DNA of 32,000 nucleotides from Mycolicibacterium smegmatis. Lineage in GTDB: Bacteria; Actinomycetota; Actinomycetes; Mycobacteriales; Mycobacteriaceae. Location of the stretch: positions 3,390,001 to 3,422,000 of the forward strand of contig NZ_LN831039.1 in the NCBI RefSeq assembly GCF_001457595.1, written 5' to 3'. This document shows, piece after piece, positions 25,981 to 32,000 of this stretch (positions are counted from its first letter, which is position 1; every line of letters starts with the position of its first letter). A model generated the notes under the pieces. That model did no database searches. It saw only the letters and a list, made by a program, of their open reading frames with translations, and was not told the origin of the DNA. The position numbers and the translations under genes are program-made.

Positions 25981-27066
25981 ATGGCTGACGACGGATTCCC
26001 CCGGGCACTCCTGCAGGAACTGTTGTCCGCGTACGGCCCATGCGGACAGGAGGATGCGGTACGCGCGGTGTGCCGTCGCGAACTCGAACCGTACGTCGAC
26101 GGGCTGTGGACCGATGCCGCGGGCAACCTGGTAGGGCTGCTCCGCGGGGCACCCGAGAGCGCGGACCACCTCCCGCCGACACGGGTCATGGCGCACATTG
26201 ACGAACTCGCCATGCTGGTCAAACGCGTCGAGCCTGATGGCACGCTGGCGCTCACGCCGCTGGGCACCATGTACCCGGCGAACTTCGGCCTCGGGCCCGT
26301 GGCGATGCTGGGCGAGCGTGAAACCCTGTGCGGTGTACTGGCTCTCGGATCCGAGCACACCACAGCTGAGAGCCCGCGGATCTGGGCGACCAAACCGGAC
26401 CAGGGCGACAAGGCGCTCGACTGGCCCGACGTGTACGTCTTCACCGGCCGCACGCCGGACGAGTTGCGCGATGCCGGTATCGGGATCGGGACCAGGGTGT
26501 GTATCGACCGCAGCAAACGGACGCTGGTCGAGGTGGGGGACTACCTCGGGTGTTATTTCATGGACGACCGAGCTGTGGTCACGGCATTGCTGCAGACCGC
26601 ACGGCTCCTGCACGGCCGCGACCACCGGCCGCCCGGCGACACCTATTTCGTGTTCACCACCAACGAGGAGATCGGCGGGTCGGGTGGTTCCTATGCGAGC
26701 CGCACCCTGCCCGGTGATCTCACGCTGGCGTTGGAGGTCGGGCCGACCGAGCAGGAGTACGGCACGCGTGTCGGCGGCGGACCCGTCGTCGCCTACAGCG
26801 ACGCCCAGTGCGTCTATGACAAGGACGTCGCCGACAGGCTGGTGCAGATCGGCGAGAAGCTCGGACTGGACCCGCAGCCGGCCGTTCTCGGCGCCTTCGA
26901 ATCGGATGCGTCACATGCGAAGAGCAACGGACAGTCGCCGCGTGCGGGCCTGCTGTGCATGCCGACGCTCAGCACGCACGGTTACGAGGTGATCGCGCGC
27001 ACCGCGGTCCGGGCCATGGCCGATGTTCTCGTCGAGTTCCTGGCGGATGATCGAACCCGACGGTGA
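25981..27066 (+). CDS. M42-family metallopeptidase homologue (FrvX/YpdE/SgcX type)
   Basis: ATG at 25981; an in-frame TTG at 25948 is also possible. Metal-ligand motifs VMAHIDELAM and FTTNEEIGGSGG. Same strand as the isomerase gene and 18-51 nt downstream of it. Confidence 0.82.
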   Translation: MADDGFPRALLQELLSAYGPCGQEDAVRAVCRRELEPYVDGLWTDAAGNLVGLLRGAPESADHLPPTRVMAHIDELAMLVKRVEPDGTLALTPLGTMYPANFGLGPVAMLGERETLCGVLALGSEHTTAESPRIWATKPDQGDKALDWPDVYVFTGRTPDELRDAGIGIGTRVCIDRSKRTLVEVGDYLGCYFMDDRAVVTALLQTARLLHGRDHRPPGDTYFVFTTNEEIGGSGGSYASRTLPGDLTLALEVGPTEQEYGTRVGGGPVVAYSDAQCVYDKDVADRLVQIGEKLGLDPQPAVLGAFESDASHAKSNGQSPRAGLLCMPTLSTHGYEVIARTAVRAMADVLVEFLADDRTRR

Positions 27067-27076
27067 ACCCTGCCGG

Positions 27077-27116
27077 TTGACCTTGCCGCTGGGGAAATGT
27101 GCACGATGATGTGCAC
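27077..27116 (+). promoter_or_regulatory. Candidate MerR-type promoter/operator
   Basis: TTGACC at 27077-27082. After 19 nt comes CACGAT, which fits a xANNNT -10 element. ATGTGCAC is repeated at 27097-27104 and 27109-27116 (GTGCAC is itself palindromic). GGAGG at 27134-27138 precedes the ATG at 27145. Confidence 0.3.
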
Positions 27117-27144
27117 TGCAGCACCGGCTTGAGCGGAGGTCACC

Positions 27145-27978
27145 ATGGCTGGGCGTGTCTCGATCGGCGACTTCGCGGTGATGACACACCTGAGCAGGAA
27201 GGCGCTGCGGCACTACCACGAGATGGGTGTCCTCGTACCGGCCCACATAGATGCCCACACCGGATATCGCTTCTACGACACGTGCCAGGTCGACCACGCG
27301 CGCATCATCCGGCGATTTCGCGAACTCGACATGCCCATCCCGGACATCAAGGCACTGCTGGCTGCCGGCGACGGCGCGACGCGCAACGAGATCATCGCCG
27401 CGCATCTGCGCCGTATGGAAGAACAGTTGGCGCAGACCAGGGATGCCGTCACCGAGCTGCGTGAGCTGCTCGACCCGGTGCGGGTGCCCGCGCACATCGA
27501 GGTGCGTCACCAGCCCGCGACCGAGGTCTGGGCGGTGAGTGCGGAGGTCCACAGCTCGCAGATCGGCGCGTGGTTCGCCGCGAGCGTCGACACACTCCAA
27601 CGTGCCCTGAGCGACTCGGGCGTGCGCATCGACGGGGCCATGGGCGGTGTGTACGACCGCGAGCTGTTCGCTGGTGAGAGCGGGGTTGCCACCCTGTACG
27701 TGCCTGTCCCACATACGGTTCCGGTGCCGCCGACCGTGCAGGCCCAGACTGTTCCCGCGCAGGAGCTCGCGGTGCTCATGCACCCTGGATCGCAGGCCGG
27801 TATCGACCGCAGCTACGGCGAACTGGGTGCGTACGTGTACGACCATCTGATCAGCCACCAGGGGCCGATCCGCGAGCGCTACGTCGGTGCCCCGGCGTCG
27901 AACATCGTGGCCTTCACGGCGACGGAGATCGGCTGGCCGATCCTGGCGACCAGCCCTTCCCAGCCGCCGGATCCGTGA
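27145..27978 (+). CDS. MerR-family transcriptional regulator with GyrI-like effector-binding domain
   Basis: HTH IGDFAVMTHLSRKALRHYHEMGVLVP ... YRFYD, a coiled-coil dimerisation helix (AAHLRRMEEQLAQTRDAVTELRELL), then a SRPBCC/GyrI-like C-terminal domain of about 160 aa. Confidence 0.88.
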   Translation: MAGRVSIGDFAVMTHLSRKALRHYHEMGVLVPAHIDAHTGYRFYDTCQVDHARIIRRFRELDMPIPDIKALLAAGDGATRNEIIAAHLRRMEEQLAQTRDAVTELRELLDPVRVPAHIEVRHQPATEVWAVSAEVHSSQIGAWFAASVDTLQRALSDSGVRIDGAMGGVYDRELFAGESGVATLYVPVPHTVPVPPTVQAQTVPAQELAVLMHPGSQAGIDRSYGELGAYVYDHLISHQGPIRERYVGAPASNIVAFTATEIGWPILATSPSQPPDP

Positions 27979-28379
27979 GCCGGCTCAGACCGAAAGCGTC
28001 GATCACGCACACGCCGGTGAGCCAAGGCCACCGGAGGATGAGGTTGAAGTTCTCGTCGTCGACTTCGTTTGCGAAACGAGACGGTTCGTGGACCAGGTCG
28101 TCGGGCGAGCAATTTCCGTGGCCTCTGTACGCCTCATGGCGCACGCCCCCGCACTCGAGGTGCGGGGCGACCGGCGACGCCGACAACGAATCTCCCTCAT
28201 GAGGTTGATCTGGTGAAGCGGAGGCATTGTCAGGAGTCGTTTTCTTCTGGCGTGCGTTCAGAACATGTGTGTCGCTGCTTTGTGCGGTCTTACTGCTCGT
28301 CTGGGGCCTGACGAGCCGCTGCGGCGACGTGCGAACGGTGGAGGTCTGCCGGCACGACGGGAATAAAGTTGCTCGGTTC

Positions 28380-28391
28380 GCAATATATTGC
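28380..28391. promoter_or_regulatory. Perfect 12-bp palindrome GCAATATATTGC in an AT-rich patch upstream of the sigma-factor gene
   Basis: Read directly. It lies in the lowest-GC stretch of the window (about 28360-28420). Confidence 0.35.
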
Positions 28392-28467
28392 ATATCAACA
28401 TCACGTTCGGAGAAGAAGGATCACATGGCTGACGTCCGCGGGGCCGCGAGGGACGGGGGAGGCGGCG

Positions 28468-29103
28468 GTGTCTGACATGTCCGCGTGGGACCGCAGTTCG
28501 GCGGAGTGGCTGGTCGGCCTGCGCGCCCGGCGTGGTCAGTCGTATCGCGTTGCGGTCGAGGAACTCCACGCCATGCTCCTGAAGATCGCCCGTCACGAGA
28601 TCAACCGTCGCAGCGCACCGCCTGTGGGTGTGGAATTCGACGACATGGCGCATCAGGCTGCGGCCGACGCGTTGCTGGCGATTCTCGCCAAATTGGGCAC
28701 CTACCGCGGCGAGAGCCGGTTCACCACCTGGGTGTACAAGTTCGTCGTGTTCGAGGTGCTGAACAAGCTCAAGCGCTGGCGTGTGCACAACCGTGCCCTT
28801 GCGCTCGATGTCCACGCCGAGCAGTGGCAGGCACTGTCGGTGGGTTTCGCCACCGAGCCCAGCCACCATGTCGAAGCACGAGATGCCATCGCCGCGGTGC
28901 GGCGTGCCATCTGGGTGGTGCTCACCGAGCGGCAACGACAACTGTTCATCGGGGCGGTGATCGATGGCGATCCCCTCGATGTCCTGGCCGCGCGTCTCGG
29001 TATCAGCCGAAACGCGGTGTACAAGGCCGTCTTCGATGCGCGGCGCAAGATCCGGGCATTTCTTGTGGCCAACGGCCACCTGGTGGCGGAGGCATCCACA
29101 TGA
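28468..29103 (+). CDS. ECF-type sigma-70 family RNA polymerase sigma factor
   Basis: GTG at 28468 lies five nt after GGAGG (28458-28462); alternative ATG at 28477 (MSAWDRSS...). Region 2 is ESRFTTWVYKFVVFEVLNKLKR. Region 4.2 is LTERQRQLFIGAVIDGDPLDVLAARLGISRNAVYKAVFDARRKIR. Confidence 0.85.
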   Translation: MSDMSAWDRSSAEWLVGLRARRGQSYRVAVEELHAMLLKIARHEINRRSAPPVGVEFDDMAHQAAADALLAILAKLGTYRGESRFTTWVYKFVVFEVLNKLKRWRVHNRALALDVHAEQWQALSVGFATEPSHHVEARDAIAAVRRAIWVVLTERQRQLFIGAVIDGDPLDVLAARLGISRNAVYKAVFDARRKIRAFLVANGHLVAEAST

Positions 29104-29249
29104 GAAGCGGCGAACCCGCCCGTCAGAGGCCGGCCCACCCCCCACTCCCGGATGGGAAGGCTCTGCGTCGCAAGGCGATTCGATCGATCTGGATCACGCT
29201 CGTTCTCCTCACCGCACTGGCGGCCACCGCAATCGTCGCGGTCTGCTGA
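29100..29249 (+). CDS. 49-aa single-pass membrane protein translationally coupled to the sigma factor (minimal anti-sigma candidate)
   Basis: ATGA overlap at 29100-29103. MRSGEPARQRPAHPPLPDGKALRRKAIRSIWITLVLLTALAATAIVAVC has a basic, Pro-rich head and one TM helix. About 76 percent GC3 by hand count. Confidence 0.55.
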   Translation: MRSGEPARQRPAHPPLPDGKALRRKAIRSIWITLVLLTALAATAIVAVC

Positions 29250-29387
29250 GCACGGTGCGCCTCGGACACAAACGGGAACCGTGGGCATGCGGTGCGGTGC
29301 CGAGCTTCGGTGATGTCATGCGGCCAACAATGTTCAAGATCATCGAACGTTATGTGCATGAAAATCACGTGGACATGAACAGTTGGC

Positions 29388-30272
29388 ATGGCATTCAATG
29401 CAGAGGTGACTTCCACTCCCGCACGCTCCGGCGCGCTGATGGCCATGGGCTCCATGGCCTGCGTGCAGATCGGTCTCGCAGTCGCGGTGTCGTTGATCGA
29501 CGAGATCGGCGCCGAGGGTGCGGCCTGGCTGCGCCTGGCGTGGGCGGGAATCCTGATGCTGGTCATCGTGCGGCCCAGGCCGTCGGCGTTCAGCAGGTCG
29601 GCATTCGGTGCGTGCGTGGTGCTGGGCGTGGTCACCGCGGGCGTCACGATGCTGTTCATGGCGGCGTTGTCCCGCATCCCGCTCGGAACCGCGGCGGCCC
29701 TCGAGTTCCTCGGCCCACTCTCCGTCGCGGTGATCCACGGCAGGGGACTCAACCGAGTGGTGTGGCCGGGTCTGGCCGGCGCCGGCGTTCTGCTGCTGAC
29801 CCAGCCGTGGACGGGCAATGTCGATCCGATCGGTGTGCTGTACGCGTTGGCCGCCGCCGTCTGCTGGGCGTGCTACATCCTGCTCACCCAGCGGGTGGGC
29901 GACGAGGTCGCCGGGATCAACGGCCTGGCGGTGTCGATGCCGGTCGCCGGTGTCGTCTCGACGGTCGTGGTCGGACCGTCGGTGTTCGGCCGCATGACTC
30001 CCGAGATCCTGTTCATCGGCATCGGTCTCGCGATCCTGTTACCCGTCATCCCGTTCGCGCTCGAGATGCTCGCGCTGCGACGGTTGAACGCGGGCGCGTT
30101 CGGCACCCTGATGAGCCTGGAACCCGCGTTCGCGATGGTGGTCGGCCTCGTCATCCTCAGCCAGGTGCCCGGACCCGCCGGCGTGCTGGGGATGGCCTGT
30201 GTCGTCGCGGCCGGCATCGGGGCAGCGCGCACGGGCGCACGGGATGCGCCCGTACCGGTCGAGGTTGGTTGA
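29388..30272 (+). CDS. EamA/RhtA-like DMT-superfamily transporter
   Basis: About ten hydrophobic segments in two EamA repeats ([17 protein letters not shown] ..., [57 protein letters not shown]). Confidence 0.85.
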   Translation: MAFNAEVTSTPARSGALMAMGSMACVQIGLAVAVSLIDEIGAEGAAWLRLAWAGILMLVIVRPRPSAFSRSAFGACVVLGVVTAGVTMLFMAALSRIPLGTAAALEFLGPLSVAVIHGRGLNRVVWPGLAGAGVLLLTQPWTGNVDPIGVLYALAAAVCWACYILLTQRVGDEVAGINGLAVSMPVAGVVSTVVVGPSVFGRMTPEILFIGIGLAILLPVIPFALEMLALRRLNAGAFGTLMSLEPAFAMVVGLVILSQVPGPAGVLGMACVVAAGIGAARTGARDAPVPVEVG

Positions 30273-30299
30273 TCGCGCGTCCGCGGATACCCTCCGAAC

Positions 30300-30659
30300 A
30301 TGGCCCGTCCCATGAACGATCTGATGTTCGTCCGAGCGGTCAACGGCGTCGCGTCCCGGCTCACCCGCGTCCCCGTTCTCGGATCCCTGGTGCGCCGCGG
30401 CATGATCGTCATCCGGTACACCGGACGGCGCTCGGGTCAGACGTTCGAGACCCCGGTGGGCTATCGGAAGGTGGGCGACGACCGCGTGGTGATCCGCGTC
30501 GAGATGCCGGACCGCAAGACGTGGTGGCGCAATTTCCTGGGCGAGGGAAGCTCCATCACGCTGGTCGGGCTGGACGGAGCCGACCGCACCGGCCACGCCG
30601 TCGCGCATCGCGACGAGGCAGGCAAGGTTTCGGTCACCGTCCAGCTCGATGCGCGTTAG
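30300..30659 (+). CDS. Small split-beta-barrel protein, deazaflavin-dependent nitroreductase / DUF385-like
   Basis: 119 aa. IVIRYTGRRSGQTFETPVGY...DRVVIRVE...RKTWWRNF resembles the F420H2-dependent reductase family core. The product call is tentative. Its TAG stop (30657-30659) interlocks with the convergent TAA (30656-30658). Confidence 0.65.
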   Translation: MARPMNDLMFVRAVNGVASRLTRVPVLGSLVRRGMIVIRYTGRRSGQTFETPVGYRKVGDDRVVIRVEMPDRKTWWRNFLGEGSSITLVGLDGADRTGHAVAHRDEAGKVSVTVQLDAR

Positions 30660-31504
30660 ACGTCGATGCGCTTGCGGCGGTAGAGCGTTCCGGCCGCGAG
30701 CAGCAGCAGGCTGATCACCAGGATCGCGGTCGCCAGCACGTTGATCTGCGGCGGCACAGCCGCCTTGACCGCCGCGTTGACGTACAGCGGGTAGGTCACG
30801 GTCGATCCACTGACGAAGTACGTGATGATGAAGTCGTCGAGCGACAACGCGAACGACAGCATCGCCGCGGCCACGATGCCCGGAACGATCAGCGGCAGCG
30901 TCACCCTGAAGAAAGTGCGGGTCGGGCTGGCGCCGAGATCCATCGAGGCATCCTCGAGCGTCCAGTCGAATCCGCGCACCCGGGCCCGGACGGTCATGGC
31001 GATGAAGCTGATCTGGAACGCGATGTGCGCGATGACGATCGTGGAGTAGCCGGCCGCCCAGTTGAGATCGAGGAACAAGGTCAGCAGCGAGGCGCCCATC
31101 ACCACCTCGGGTGCGGTCAGCGGCAGCACCAGGAACGTGTCGACGGCACGCTGACCACGCCACCGCTGGCGCACCAGCGCGATCGCGACCAGCGTGCCGA
31201 AGATGAGTGCGATCGAGGTCGACACGGCGGCGACGTTGAGGCTCAACTTCAATGCCTCGGTCAGCGCCGGGTACTTGAACGGGTCCTTCCAGTTGTCGAG
31301 CGTGAAGCCCTGCCACGTGTAGTTGAACTTGCCTGCCGGCTTGTTGAACGAGAACAGCACGATCACGAAGATCGGCAGGAACAGATACAGCAGCACCAGG
31401 CCCGCGACGATGCGCAGACCCGCATCGCCCCAGCGACGGTTGCCCTTGACGACTGTGGGTTCGGCGGTGGCGTCGGTGGCCTCCGCCATTGCGGCCGTGG
31501 TCAT
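30656..31504 (-). CDS. Polyamine-type ABC transporter permease (PotC-like)
   Basis: Six TM segments and an EAA loop, LEDASMDLGASPTRTFFRVTLP. ATGA overlap with the upstream permease gene at 31501-31504. Confidence 0.88.
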   Translation of the reverse strand: MTTAAMAEATDATAEPTVVKGNRRWGDAGLRIVAGLVLLYLFLPIFVIVLFSFNKPAGKFNYTWQGFTLDNWKDPFKYPALTEALKLSLNVAAVSTSIALIFGTLVAIALVRQRWRGQRAVDTFLVLPLTAPEVVMGASLLTLFLDLNWAAGYSTIVIAHIAFQISFIAMTVRARVRGFDWTLEDASMDLGASPTRTFFRVTLPLIVPGIVAAAMLSFALSLDDFIITYFVSGSTVTYPLYVNAAVKAAVPPQINVLATAILVISLLLLAAGTLYRRKRIDV

Positions 31505-32000
31505 ACCAGGTCCTCCGTACCGAGGGCGCGCGTGTACATCAGCACTCCGACCAGGATGATCGCCATCAGCACCATGCTCAGGGCCGCGGCGGCCGGGTAG
31601 TCCTTGACCACCAGGAACTGTTTCTGGATCACGTTGCCGATCATCGTGGTCTGTGTACTGCCCAGGTAGTCGGCGTTGATGAAGTCACCGACCGCGGGGA
31701 TGAACACCAACATGCTGCCCGCGAGAACACCCGGCATCGACAGCGGCAGAATCACTTTCGTGAAGCTGCGGGTGTTCGAGGAGTACAGGTCCTTCGACGC
31801 CTCGATCAGACGCGGGTCGATCTTCTCCAGGCTCACGTACAGCGGCAGGATCATGAAGATGATCCAGTTGTAGGTCAGACCACCGATCACCGCCCACGGG
31901 GTCGACAGCAGCCGGCCCTCGTCGGGCAGCAGACCGATCGCGCCGAGCGCACTGACCACCCAACCGTCGTCGGCCAGAATGGTTTTCCAGGCGATCGTGC
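31501..32000 (-). CDS. Polyamine-type ABC transporter permease (PotB-like), 5' end beyond window
   Basis: The frame is open to the window edge. EAA loop LIEASKDLYSSNTRSFTKVILP. C-terminus ...YTRALGTEDLV. Confidence 0.85.
   Translation of the reverse strand, partial: TIAWKTILADDGWVVSALGAIGLLPDEGRLLSTPWAVIGGLTYNWIIFMILPLYVSLEKIDPRLIEASKDLYSSNTRSFTKVILPLSMPGVLAGSMLVFIPAVGDFINADYLGSTQTTMIGNVIQKQFLVVKDYPAAAALSMVLMAIILVGVLMYTRALGTEDLV

Noticed and set aside
27914-28393. The 159-aa minus-strand ORF, or a shorter 76-codon version from the GTG at 28144 (...HEPSRFANEVDDENFNLILRWPWLTGVCVIDAFG...).
   Set aside because: The N-terminal half is Ser/Thr/Gln-rich and lower in GC. The C-terminal part overlaps the MerR gene by 65 nt. 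I recognise no family and see no Shine-Dalgarno. It may be a gene remnant, but I cannot support it as a feature.
28227-28475. An 82-aa plus-strand ORF with a hydrophobic, Cys-containing N-terminus (MSGVVFFWRAFRTCVSLLCAVLLLVWGL...).
   Set aside because: It has a TTG start only 2 nt after GGAGG and a mediocre third-position GC (about 60 percent by eye), and it crosses the AT-rich palindrome. Only its last 16 codons, which have their own Shine-Dalgarno and ATG, are discussed as a uORF.
1-32000. A mobile element, prophage, defence island or toxin-antitoxin content.
   Set aside because: No transposase, integrase, recombinase, terminal inverted repeats, tRNA attachment site or typical defence or TA domains were seen. 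Composition is uniform apart from short promoter-like AT-rich spacers.

Overview
High-GC actinobacterial chromosome segment (roughly two-thirds G+C by eye, with strong G/C bias at codon position 3). Gene content and order resemble Mycolicibacterium (Mycobacterium) smegmatis-type metabolism, not a mobile island. Contents, left to right:
- The 3' part of the ANTAR response regulator gene pdtaR.
- A five-gene LIV-type branched-chain amino-acid ABC importer.
- A UPF0060/YnfA-like membrane protein.
- A minus-strand group: an SCO6745-like protein, an RDD protein, and a DoxX protein with a tail of 11-residue repeats.
- A xylulokinase-like FGGY gene broken by a frameshift in a G7 run.
- SfnB/acyl-CoA-dehydrogenase-like, LysR and thioesterase-like genes.
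- The most notable block (about 13.7-27.1 kb), a polyol cluster built around a SorC-family regulator. It has two dehydrogenases, two ketose kinases (FGGY and fused DhaK-DhaL), an RpiB-type isomerase, a sugar-type ABC importer with two different ATPases, and a trailing M42 peptidase-family gene.
- MerR/GyrI, an ECF sigma factor with a 49-aa membrane partner, an EamA transporter, an FDOR-like protein, and the end of a PotB/PotC-type permease pair.

I read the polyol block as a four-carbon polyol (erythritol/threitol) route to erythrose-4-phosphate. From memory, such a pathway has been characterised in M. smegmatis, so it is probably not new. Several parts of it remain unexplained. I saw no rRNA, tRNA, CRISPR, transposase, integrase, phage or defence-system signal. 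Most long ORFs in the supplied track that overlap these genes are high-GC artefacts.
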